From assembly GCA_038064955.1 (NCBI GenBank), contig JBBTRY010000009.1, positions 1 to 32,092 on the forward strand: a DNA stretch of 32,092 nt. Direction: 5' to 3'. A program made the translations under genes and the position numbers. Shown one piece after another: positions 23,968 to 32,090 of this stretch. The stretch's first letter is position 1, and each line of letters opens with the position of its first letter. The stretch is from Patescibacteria group bacterium (GTDB taxonomy: Bacteria > Patescibacteriota > Minisyncoccia > UBA6257 > GWB1-50-10). Under the pieces are notes generated by a model, which had not been told where the DNA came from, did no database searches, and was given only the letters and a program-made list of their open reading frames with translations.

Positions 23968-25692
23968 TTATTTATTTAAATTATCGATGCGCTTCGTCGT
24001 TTCCGAAAAATCTTTCAAAATATCGTTCACCGAATCATCGTCTCCGACGCTCTGGGCCCTTTTAAGCGCATGCTTGAGGGACAACTGGCGTTCCTTGAGG
24101 CTGGTATTCTCGAGCCTCCTCATCAAATCCTTGAATTCCTTTTCCGTTTTTTCCGGCTCCGCGTCCGCAAACTCGTAGGAAGATTGGAGTTCCAGGAATC
24201 CCCGAGCCTCTTCCGCAGGATTGGCGAGAATCTTCTGGTAGTCGGGCGGCAGAAGCTGGCTATTGGCTTTCAATATATTCAAAAAATCCTCTTTTGTCAA
24301 AGCGATGGAGACCAAGCGTTTCGCGACCTGATCGATATAATCCGGCAAAGGCACGCTGGCATCTTCTTCTTCCGCTCCATAAGAAGGAAGTTCTCCGGCA
24401 TTGCCCAATTCTTCCGTAAGCGCGGCCTCCGATATACCCGACCTCTTCGAAAGTTCTTTGACCCAGATATTTTCTTCCATCGCGCTCTTCAGGGATTTCA
24501 CCATTCCGAGAAGATGGCGGATTATTCTTTTTCGCTTGGGAATGTCGCCTTCGGTCCAAACGCCCGGCCGGAAATAAATGCCGAAGATATATTCAAAGGC
24601 AGGTACGGCCCGGCCAATGGCTCCTTTTAAAAAAATCGGGTTGGATTGGGCGGCGTCGGCCGGATCTTTGAACTTTCCGAGATTCAGCACTTTTACGTGA
24701 AAGTCGAATCTATTGAAGAAATCAAGCGCGCGTTCCAGAGCTTTAAGCCCAGCCGCGTCGTTGTCGAAGCTCACGACCACAGTATCCGCGAAGCGCCGGA
24801 GCTTCTCGAGGTGGTAGGGTGTAAGGGCCGTGCCCGAAACCGCCGCGACGTTCTTTATCCCCGCCTGCCAAGCACCCAGAAAATCCATCTGCCCTTCCAC
24901 CAGAACAGCCGTTCGGCTGTCGGCAATGGATTTCTTGGACCGGTCGAAGCCGTAGAGTGTCCGCGACTTGTTGAAGATGGGGGTTTCTGGCGAATTGAGA
25001 TATTTCGGAGGTGATCCGCCGCCTGGCGGAGGAGAATTCTTATATCTCGCTTCCACTTCCGGCAATATCCGGCCCGTGAAAGCAACCGTCTTGCCCACCT
25101 GATTCGCAATCGGAAAAATTATCCGCTCGAAGAATTTATCGCGGTAAAGACCGTTCGTGTTCTTATGGCTTAAGCCCGCCCGCACCACATCTCCGACCGC
25201 GTACCCTTTCTTGATGAGAAAAACAGTGAGCGAATCGCCTCCCGGACTGTAGCCCAAATCGAACTCATCGATTGTCTCGGGTGTTATCCCCCGATCCTTG
25301 AGATATTTTTGCGCCGATTGGTTCTTGGCCAATTCGGCTTTGTAGAAATTCTTCGCCTCCTCGTGAAGGTCGTAAAGTATGCCGAATTCCCTTTGCTGGG
25401 TCGGGCTCATCGTCTGAATCGGAATGCCGGCCTTCTCGGCAAGAAATCTCAAAGCTTCCGGAAATTCCAAATGTTCGTAGAGCATCGCGAATTTGATGAC
25501 GTCACCGCCCAAGCCACAGCCAAAGCAATGCCACATCTTCCGTTCGGGCGAAACCATAAAAGACGGGGTCTTTTCGCCGTGGAATGGACAAAGGCCTTTA
25601 AGATTCTTCCCCGCCGGCGCGAGCGTCATATATGACCGGAGGAAATCGGTCAGTTCCAATTTTTCCTTGATTAAATCGACTTCTTTAGCCAT
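23968..25692 (-). CDS. dnaG: DNA primase
   Basis: 574 aa with a zinc-binding motif (CPFHGEKTPSFMVSPERKMWHCFGCG), a TOPRIM domain (VLVEGQMDFL, SFDNDAAG) and a helical C-terminal domain. Confidence 0.95.
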   Translation of the reverse strand: MAKEVDLIKEKLELTDFLRSYMTLAPAGKNLKGLCPFHGEKTPSFMVSPERKMWHCFGCGLGGDVIKFAMLYEHLEFPEALRFLAEKAGIPIQTMSPTQQREFGILYDLHEEAKNFYKAELAKNQSAQKYLKDRGITPETIDEFDLGYSPGGDSLTVFLIKKGYAVGDVVRAGLSHKNTNGLYRDKFFERIIFPIANQVGKTVAFTGRILPEVEARYKNSPPPGGGSPPKYLNSPETPIFNKSRTLYGFDRSKKSIADSRTAVLVEGQMDFLGAWQAGIKNVAAVSGTALTPYHLEKLRRFADTVVVSFDNDAAGLKALERALDFFNRFDFHVKVLNLGKFKDPADAAQSNPIFLKGAIGRAVPAFEYIFGIYFRPGVWTEGDIPKRKRIIRHLLGMVKSLKSAMEENIWVKELSKRSGISEAALTEELGNAGELPSYGAEEEDASVPLPDYIDQVAKRLVSIALTKEDFLNILKANSQLLPPDYQKILANPAEEARGFLELQSSYEFADAEPEKTEKEFKDLMRRLENTSLKERQLSLKHALKRAQSVGDDDSVNDILKDFSETTKRIDNLNK

Positions 25693-25708
25693 TGTTTCTT
25701 TTCAGTTT

Positions 25709-25741
25709 ACCCCCACACTTACAAAAAAGTAAGTATGGGGT
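25709..25741. repeat. Imperfect hairpin carrying the C-rich family motif in the dnaG/obg divergent spacer
   Basis: ACCCCCACACTTAC (25709-25722), loop aaaaaa, then GTAAGTATGGGGT (25729-25741). The stem has one mismatch and one bulge. Confidence 0.45.
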
Positions 25742-25770
25742 TTAAGCCAATAAAAGGTTAGAATGAGGCA

Positions 25771-26733
25771 ATGCTTATCGATGACATAACTATCCGGATT
25801 TCCGGCGGGCACGGCGGGCGGGGCGCAGTGGCTTTCAATAAGAATATGAAGTCTCTGGGCCCGACGGGCGCGCGGGGAGGAAACGGCGGAAACGTCTTTT
25901 TTCTGGGTGTCTCGGATTTGAACGCGCTGAACCGCTTTCGAAACGAAAAAGAGTTTTCCGCCCAGAACGGCGAAAACGGCAAAGGCCAGAATAACGACGG
26001 TAAGACCGGCACGGACGTGGTTTTGAATGTTCCCGTGGGAACCATAGTTCATAATCTGACGAACGGCTCGGAAACCGAGATAGTGAAAATCGGCGACAAA
26101 GTGATGATTGCGAAAGGCGGCCACGGCGGCAAAGGCAATTACCATTTCCGCTCCGCCGTAAACACGAGCCCCACCCAATTCAAAGAAGGGACGCCGGGCG
26201 AAGAATTTGAACTCCGTTTGGAACTCAAAATGATAGCAGACGTGGGATTCATCGGTTTGCCGAATGCGGGAAAATCCAGTCTTCTGAACGAACTTACCAA
26301 AGCCAAAAGCAAAGTGGCGAATTATCCCTTCACAACGCTCGAGCCGAATCTCGGCGCGTATTACGAGCTTATCCTCGCCGATATCCCGGGACTCATCGAG
26401 GGCGCGGCGGCCGGAAAGGGCCTGGGCATAAAATTCCTGCGCCACGTCGAAAGAACCAAAACACTTTTCCATTTCGTCTCCGCCGAATCCGAATCGCCGG
26501 TCAAGGATTACCGCGTTATTCGGAAAGAACTCAAAAAATACAGTCCCGCGCTCATAAAAAAGTTTGAATATGTATTTCTTACAAAAAGCGATTTGGCAGG
26601 CCCTAATGACCTGAAGAAAAAAATCGCGATGCTGAAAAAAACTCTGGTCAAAGTCATCCCAATATCCGTCTACGACTGGGATTCTTTAGAAAAAGTTAAA
26701 GAGATTCTGAATAAAATCCAAGCGAAAAAATAA
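25771..26733 (+). CDS. obg: GTPase Obg/CgtA
   Basis: 320 aa with an Obg fold N-terminus (ISGGHGGRGAVAF, GGNGGNG, GGHGGKGN) and G-domain motifs (GLPNAGKSSL, DIPGLIEGA, TKSD). Confidence 0.95.
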   Translation: MLIDDITIRISGGHGGRGAVAFNKNMKSLGPTGARGGNGGNVFFLGVSDLNALNRFRNEKEFSAQNGENGKGQNNDGKTGTDVVLNVPVGTIVHNLTNGSETEIVKIGDKVMIAKGGHGGKGNYHFRSAVNTSPTQFKEGTPGEEFELRLELKMIADVGFIGLPNAGKSSLLNELTKAKSKVANYPFTTLEPNLGAYYELILADIPGLIEGAAAGKGLGIKFLRHVERTKTLFHFVSAESESPVKDYRVIRKELKKYSPALIKKFEYVFLTKSDLAGPNDLKKKIAMLKKTLVKVIPISVYDWDSLEKVKEILNKIQAKK

Positions 26734-26755
26734 GCGCGGTTAAACGAAATCCTGC

Positions 26756-27616
26756 CTAGCTTCTCGCGAAGCGGACGTAGATTCCGGCGGGAACCAGCCG
26801 CTTCGAGCCGGCCTCCTCTATTTGAAGTTCGCCGAATTCCATATTCTCTTCGTCGAAGAAGCTTTGAACTGCCTGAAAGAAAGCTCTGGGCGAATATCCC
26901 GCCGCGTAGCCATTCAAAATCAGGAAAGCTCCTTTCTTCGAAGAAAGGAGTTTCTTCACCGGCTCCAAGAGCCGAAGTAAGTCCTCCTCTATTTTCCAGA
27001 CTTCCCCTTTGGGTCCCCGGCCGAAAGCCGGCGGATCGAGAATGATTCCGTCATAAATCTTTCCCCGGCGGACTTCTCGTTCCGCGAATTTAAGCCCGTC
27101 GTCGAGCATATATCTTATCTTGTCTTCCGGAATTCCCGAAAGCTTCGCGTTCCCCTTAGTCCAATCGTTCGCCTGTTTTGAGGCATCCACGTGAGTGACA
27201 TATGCGCCCGCTTTGGCCGCCGCGATGGTCGCGATACCCGTATAACCGAAAAGATTTAGAACCTGCGGAGACTCGAGCGCGAGCGTTTTTTTCCTGAGCC
27301 ATTCCCAATTCGGAACCTGTTCCGGAAAAACGCCGGTATGTTTGAAAGACGTGAGCATCGCCGAAAAACGGACGTCTTCCCAGGAAAGCTCCCATTTCTC
27401 CGGCATATCTTTTTTGCTCCAGGCACCCTTGCCTTCGGACCAGCGGAATTCCGCTTTGGCCTTTTTCCACTCGTCGGGTTTTCCCGGCTTCCAAATGGCC
27501 TGGGTCTCCGGCCGGATTATGGTAAATTCGCCGTAGCGCTCCAGTTTCCGGTTGTCACCGGAATCAATGAGTTCATAGTCTTTCCACGGATGGGCAACGA
27601 GATTCAAATTATCCAT
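26756..27616 (-). CDS. Class I SAM-dependent methyltransferase (RlmI/RlmK-like family, probable rRNA methyltransferase)
   Basis: 286 aa with SAM-binding motif I (VLNLFGYTGIATIAAAKAG) and a DPP motif (GIILDPPAFGRG). There is an 8-nt overlap with the upstream TrmH-family gene. Confidence 0.7.
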   Translation of the reverse strand: MDNLNLVAHPWKDYELIDSGDNRKLERYGEFTIIRPETQAIWKPGKPDEWKKAKAEFRWSEGKGAWSKKDMPEKWELSWEDVRFSAMLTSFKHTGVFPEQVPNWEWLRKKTLALESPQVLNLFGYTGIATIAAAKAGAYVTHVDASKQANDWTKGNAKLSGIPEDKIRYMLDDGLKFAEREVRRGKIYDGIILDPPAFGRGPKGEVWKIEEDLLRLLEPVKKLLSSKKGAFLILNGYAAGYSPRAFFQAVQSFFDEENMEFGELQIEEAGSKRLVPAGIYVRFARS

Positions 27617-28415
27617 TTTTTTTCAAAGCACCCGAATGGCCGAGGCTCCAGTAAAAAAGTACGACGGCGGCCGAAACGGATGCATTCAGCGATTCGCATT
27701 TCGGATTCATCGGGATGCGGAGCTGGACGTCGCACCGCTCGAAAGTCTTTTCGCGGATTCCCCTGCCCTCGTTCCCGACGATGAAGAGCGACGGCGCGCC
27801 GAACTTCTCGTCCGAGATTTTCTTCTCTCCGTTCATATCCAAGCCGTACACGCGAAAACCTTTTTCCTTCAGAATATCCACGGCACGGTTCACATTGCCC
27901 AATTCCACTATCGGGACGCGGAAAACCATTCCGGCCGATGCCTTAACGACGGCGCCAGTAATGGGAGCCTGATTTTTCGCCGGCAAAAGGATGCCGGAAG
28001 CGCCGAAAGCGGCGGCGGAGCGGATTATCGCTCCGACATTCTGAGGGTCCGTCAATTCATCCAAAAGAACGAGAATGGTATTTTCGTCCGGCTTAAGATT
28101 CGAAACGAAATCGTCGAAATCCACGAGAATTTCCGCCGGGTCAACCGCCGCAATCACTCCCTGGTGCGAAGCATCCCTGGAAACCATCTTGCCCGCGTCG
28201 CCGCCTTTCATCGCCGAAAAAGGAATTTTATTCTTCTCCAAAGTACCGCGGAGCTCGCTCGTATTAGCTTCGGGCGACAAAAAAACCTTTTTCACTGCCC
28301 GAGGCGCGTTTCCGATCGCTTCCATAAGAGCGTGCTTTCCGTAAATATACACCCCCACACCTTTTTTATGGAGGCGTTCCCCAGAATTAAACTTTTTGTG
28401 GTATATATGCTCCAT
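27609..28415 (-). CDS. TrmH/SpoU-family RNA 2'-O-methyltransferase (RlmB-like)
   Basis: 268 aa with a substrate-binding N-terminal domain (IYGKHALMEAI) and SpoU motifs (LLDELTDPQNVGAIIRSAAAFG, FIVGNEGRGIR, IPMNPKCESLNASVSAAVVLF). Confidence 0.88.
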   Translation of the reverse strand: MEHIYHKKFNSGERLHKKGVGVYIYGKHALMEAIGNAPRAVKKVFLSPEANTSELRGTLEKNKIPFSAMKGGDAGKMVSRDASHQGVIAAVDPAEILVDFDDFVSNLKPDENTILVLLDELTDPQNVGAIIRSAAAFGASGILLPAKNQAPITGAVVKASAGMVFRVPIVELGNVNRAVDILKEKGFRVYGLDMNGEKKISDEKFGAPSLFIVGNEGRGIREKTFERCDVQLRIPMNPKCESLNASVSAAVVLFYWSLGHSGALKKNG

Positions 28416-28453
28416 TTCAGAATTTATACTTATCGTATTCTAGGTGTGGGGGT
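28351..28453. repeat. C-rich palindromic element C (12-nt arms, 79-nt spacer) spanning the TrmH-family start codon
   Basis: ACCCCCACACCT (28351-28362, inside codons 18-22, GVGV) pairs perfectly with AGGTGTGGGGGT (28442-28453, upstream region). The ATG at 28415 lies between the arms. Confidence 0.65.
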
Positions 28454-28465
28454 AAATTTTTTCCA
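28437..28465 (-). promoter_or_regulatory. Possible promoter of the TrmH-family/methyltransferase pair
   Basis: The minus strand reads TGGAAA (28465-28460), a 17-nt spacer containing CCCCCACACC, then TAGAAT (28442-28437). It lies just downstream of the terminator at 28482-28513. Confidence 0.4.
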
Positions 28466-28481
28466 GTCCAATCAGTATATG

Positions 28482-28513
28482 AAAAAATCCCCGTTTTTCC
28501 AAGAACGGGGATT
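28482..28513 (-). terminator. Intrinsic terminator after the 83-aa membrane protein gene
   Basis: The minus strand reads AATCCCCGT-tcttggaaaa-ACGGGGATT, a 9-bp stem (28505-28513/28486-28494), followed by TTTTTTC. Confidence 0.7.
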
Positions 28514-28533
28514 AAAACAATTTCAGTTTTAGC

Positions 28534-28785
28534 TTACAAACTGTTCAATTGGTCGTCGATATTCTTCATTTCCGCATCCAAACTGCCGGTATCTATCGAA
28601 TTCAAATCGCTCTGAATAGCAGCTGTGGTATCGCTCCCCGGCTGAACCTGGAGAGAATCCGAAGTTTCGTTTGTCGGAGTTGGAGACTGAATCTTCTGGG
28701 TAAGCGCGAAGTAAACAGCCACGATTACGATTATCGCGACAATGATGTAAATAATTGTTTTCACGGATGATTTTGTCTGGTCCAT
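28534..28785 (-). CDS. Small single-pass membrane protein (hypothetical)
   Basis: 83 aa with a TM helix (TIIYIIVAIIVIVAVYFAL) and an S/T/D/Q-rich tail. The start lies 1 nt after the stop of the upstream 309-aa gene, so co-transcription is likely. Confidence 0.5.
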   Translation of the reverse strand: MDQTKSSVKTIIYIIVAIIVIVAVYFALTQKIQSPTPTNETSDSLQVQPGSDTTAAIQSDLNSIDTGSLDAEMKNIDDQLNSL

Positions 28786-28786
28786 A

Positions 28787-29716
28787 TTATTGGGTTACTT
28801 CTAATTCATCGACTTTGGGTATCTGGGCGAGCGTAGTGGCGGCATTATGTACCGCATCACGCGCCGTCTTTATCTTGGTTTTTACCGATTCCAAATCCTG
28901 CCTCAATTGATTCCTCATACCGGTCAAATCGGTCCGAAGCGTATTTTCATCAGAAGCGGGGGTTGAGGAAGAAACAACCGAGTAGGTTTTGCCGGCTTGA
29001 AATTGAATTGCCGCGCGAGCATCTTCTATGGCTTTCTTGGCCAAATCGCTCGCCACATTCACCGCATCCACATTCGCGCCGTTCGCGGCGGCTTTCTGGG
29101 AACGGGACAAAATACGATTCAAGACCGCTTCAATCTGATCGACGGATTTTTTAAAATTATCCATCGCTTTTGTATTCAACGAATTAATGCCGTCAAAAAG
29201 TTTTTCGGCAACCTGTTTTTTTCTCTCGTCTTTCACCGTTTCGAGTCTTTTCTTAAATTCCTCGCGCTTAGTCTCGATTTCTTTCTTCATTTCTTCGCGC
29301 TTTGATTCAAAATCTTTTTTGAATTCTTCCCGTTTCATTTCGAATTCGTTCTTAACCTCTTCCCGTTTATCCTGGAAGGCTTTCAACTGTTCGGGCATGA
29401 GCCGTTTCGCTTCAATCGCGGATTTCACTTCCCCTCGAACGGCATCAAATTTCTCTTTCGTTTCTGTTCGCGTTTCCTTCACCTGCTCGCGAATATTTTC
29501 GGCTTTATCTTTCGTCCGCTCGCGAATGTCTTTAACATCTTGCTTTAATTCTTCCCGCACATTTTTCGCTTTTTCCACCGCATCCTTGCGAATATTCTGA
29601 ATCGCTTTTATAGGCGCAAGTTCTTTCGCTGAATTAATATCGGTCTGGGCGAACGCCAAAACCGGCGCGATTACCGCCAAACCCAACACAACACTCAAAA
29701 TTTTTCCTTTTTTCAT
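28787..29716 (-). CDS. Secreted, highly charged helical repeat protein (hypothetical)
   Basis: 309 aa with a signal peptide (MKKGKILSVVLGLAVIAPVLAFA|QTD). A long K/E/R-rich helical region includes four consecutive 11-residue repeats. The C-terminal region is less charged. Confidence 0.65.
   Translation of the reverse strand: MKKGKILSVVLGLAVIAPVLAFAQTDINSAKELAPIKAIQNIRKDAVEKAKNVREELKQDVKDIRERTKDKAENIREQVKETRTETKEKFDAVRGEVKSAIEAKRLMPEQLKAFQDKREEVKNEFEMKREEFKKDFESKREEMKKEIETKREEFKKRLETVKDERKKQVAEKLFDGINSLNTKAMDNFKKSVDQIEAVLNRILSRSQKAAANGANVDAVNVASDLAKKAIEDARAAIQFQAGKTYSVVSSSTPASDENTLRTDLTGMRNQLRQDLESVKTKIKTARDAVHNAATTLAQIPKVDELEVTQ
29210..29341 (-). repeat. In-frame 33-nt tandem repeat (4 units) encoding 11-residue repeats
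   Basis: Residues 126-169 read EMKREEFKKDF / ESKREEMKKEI / ETKREEFKKRL / ETVKDERKKQV. Confidence 0.75.
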
Positions 29717-29745
29717 ATGTTATTTTTATTTTTGACCTTTTTTAT

Positions 29746-29754
29746 ATTATAGCA
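29746..29754 (-). promoter_or_regulatory. Extended -10 promoter (TGcTATAAT) upstream of the 309-aa gene
   Basis: The minus strand reads TGCTATAAT at 29754-29746, about 30 nt upstream of the ATG at 29716. Confidence 0.45.
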
Positions 29755-29767
29755 TATCCGGTAGTTT

Positions 29768-30481
29768 TTATCTTTTTAAGTTATATTCGAGAGTGTAAAT
29801 CCAATCCTCATCCTGGCCGCCGTCGTTCGTCTTCTGACCCAGGAGCCATTCCAAATAATTCCGGTCGGTTTTCGCCACTTCTTCTACCTTCTTATCTTTG
29901 TATTTGCCGAAATTGAATAATTTGAAAAGAACCGGCCGAGCCGAAACTTCGAGCATTTCCGCAATCGCCTGTTCCTCCGTCCGACCTTCCTTAACCATCC
30001 TCGCGAGGAGCCGACTGAAAAGGCCGTGGAGCACATTCACATCCGCTTCGGCATCATGAACGTTGGCTCCCTCCACGTCGAGCTCGAGATAATAGCGCAG
30101 GAATTGCAATCCGTATTCCGGAATGACGTTATTCGGGTCCAGATGGCGCGCGATGCGGAAGGTACAAATGCGCCGGGGAACACTCATCCCCTCGGTCTCC
30201 AACATCGCTGCATCGAATTTGGCATTGTGAGCCACCATAATCCCCTCGTCTAAAAGCACTTGGAGTTCACTCATCATCACACTCCCTTTGAAAGATTTCT
30301 TGTCCTCCAATATTTTGTTCGTTATGTGCGTGATGCTCATCGCCTTCACCGAGACCGGAATGGGCGGCTTGAAATATTCCGTGAACGTTCCCATGGAGGT
30401 TTGGTAGCAAACCTGACATAATCTGTCCTTCAGAATATCATTTCCTGTCGTCTCGGTGTCTAAAAAAATAAGCTGATTCAT
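29768..30481 (-). CDS. DEDDh-family 3'-5' exonuclease (DnaQ/epsilon-like) with an extra C-terminal domain
   Basis: The Exo motifs are FLDTETTG (ExoI), VAHNAKFDAAML (ExoII) and HDAEADVNVL (ExoIII, H-x4-D). About 60 extra C-terminal residues are present (FGKYKDKKVEEVAKTDRNYLEWLL). Confidence 0.82.
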   Translation of the reverse strand: MNQLIFLDTETTGNDILKDRLCQVCYQTSMGTFTEYFKPPIPVSVKAMSITHITNKILEDKKSFKGSVMMSELQVLLDEGIMVAHNAKFDAAMLETEGMSVPRRICTFRIARHLDPNNVIPEYGLQFLRYYLELDVEGANVHDAEADVNVLHGLFSRLLARMVKEGRTEEQAIAEMLEVSARPVLFKLFNFGKYKDKKVEEVAKTDRNYLEWLLGQKTNDGGQDEDWIYTLEYNLKR

Positions 30482-30498
30482 TCTTCCATGATAATACT

Positions 30499-30529
30499 AA
30501 AATACCCAACCACAAGGGCTGGGTATTTT
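30499..30529 (-). terminator. Terminator-like hairpin between the multicopper oxidase and exonuclease genes
   Basis: AAAATACCCA (30499-30508) pairs with TGGGTATTTT (30520-30529), a 10-bp stem with an 11-nt loop. The A/T runs are part of the stem ends. Confidence 0.4.
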
Positions 30530-30719
30530 AATATTGGCGGTGTTTGTTATATAAAGTTCGAATGTATTTTGAAAACAACCCTGATGCCGACTAATCGCAC
30601 GCTCATTTTTTTGTCTTGGCGGAATTCGAGGTGGACAGAAATTCCTTAGCTTAAATCCCTCTTCTTGTCTTCAAATTCTTTTTTATCAATATAAAATTAT
30701 TCGATTAATTTAGTAATAA

Positions 30720-32090
30720 CTATTCTTCAACCGTGAATGGAAAGACCATGCCGGCTTCAATGTGCTCAAGAATATGGCAGTGTGCTACCCATGTACCAGG
30801 GTTTGATATATCGACCAAAATATCCAGATATTCGCCTGCCGGTACATTGACCGTATCTTTCCACACCAGATTGGTCTGGGGTACGCCGTTTTTATTCAGT
30901 ACCAAGAATCGCTGGCCGTGGAAGTGAATGGGATGTTGCATAGGGTGCGCGGAATTACCATCGTTGGTGATCCGGATTTTCACTTTGTCTCCCGCCTTAA
31001 ACTTCCAGCTAATATCCATATTTGCTTTGCCGGAGTCCTGATCGATTATCTTCCACGTCACCATATCCGTGTTGGACATCGCGTTCATTCCTGCGTTGTC
31101 CGAATCATCCCATTCAATACCGCCCTCTGGTACACTACCCATCATCCGGCCTCCGCCCATACTAGACGGCATCCCATGTGTACCATTGCCCATCATTCCC
31201 GTGTTACCGCCCATCATGTCGAGCGAGAGTTTTATGCGCTTGTCAGTCGCTTTGGCGAAAAAGGGACGAAAAGGATCAATGATCTTTATGGCCTCGATAT
31301 TATCACGGAGTGTTTGAAATACGTTCGCGTTCGGGGAGACAAGCGATTCATCTAAAACGATAATTTTCCCGAGGCGCGTCATTGCGTCGGGAGTCTTGTT
31401 CTGAATGTCGTATTCGCCGGGGACATCAAAACGTGTTTCAATGACCGCGCGTTCGGAAGGAGTAATGAGAACCGTATCTTTCCATTCCTCGCGTTCATAT
31501 GCGCCGTTATCTCCGCCGACAAGCTTCAACTTCGCTCCCTTGATGGCAAGATTAAACGGCCGGACGCTCGCGCTGTTAGTGAAGTAGAAACGAATCACCT
31601 CACCTTTCTTGACCGAGAGCATATAATCGGTCTCGCCATTTACAAGCATGGTATTCCCAAAGCGTCCCATGAGGGCGCGATCTGATCCGTCTTTGTAAAA
31701 GGGCGCGATTTTGCCGTTCTCAATTAAAATGTCATCGAGAAAAACAGCAACTTCGCGATCGACCGTGTTCCAATACGTTGGACTTTCCGGCGTTACGATA
31801 AAGTTTCCATAGAGGCCGAGTTCGATGGCGTAGTCATCGCGCATATGTGGGTGATACCAATACACACCGGCGTCAGGGAATGTGAGGGTATAGGTGAATG
31901 ACTCGCCGAGTTGAACCGCCTTTTGCGTTACATCGGGTACGCCGTCAAAGGCATTGGCCATACGCACTCCGTGGGAGTGGATGGTATTGGCTACATCCGT
32001 ATCGTTTTTGAAATTAACGGTCACCGTTGCTCCTTGAGCGATCTTCAAAGTCGGTCCCGGAATAGAACCATTGTAGGCGAGCATTCGCAC
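30720..32090 (-). CDS. Multicopper oxidase (CueO/CopA-like), 5' end outside the window
   Basis: The four MCO copper motifs are present: HSHG, WYHPH, HPIHFHG and HCHILEHIEAGM. There is a Met/Gly-rich insert (MMGGNTGMMGNGTHGMPSSMGGGRMMG). The ORF is open to the window edge and no signal peptide is seen. Confidence 0.88.
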   Translation of the reverse strand: MRMLAYNGSIPGPTLKIAQGATVTVNFKNDTDVANTIHSHGVRMANAFDGVPDVTQKAVQLGESFTYTLTFPDAGVYWYHPHMRDDYAIELGLYGNFIVTPESPTYWNTVDREVAVFLDDILIENGKIAPFYKDGSDRALMGRFGNTMLVNGETDYMLSVKKGEVIRFYFTNSASVRPFNLAIKGAKLKLVGGDNGAYEREEWKDTVLITPSERAVIETRFDVPGEYDIQNKTPDAMTRLGKIIVLDESLVSPNANVFQTLRDNIEAIKIIDPFRPFFAKATDKRIKLSLDMMGGNTGMMGNGTHGMPSSMGGGRMMGSVPEGGIEWDDSDNAGMNAMSNTDMVTWKIIDQDSGKANMDISWKFKAGDKVKIRITNDGNSAHPMQHPIHFHGQRFLVLNKNGVPQTNLVWKDTVNVPAGEYLDILVDISNPGTWVAHCHILEHIEAGMVFPFTVEE

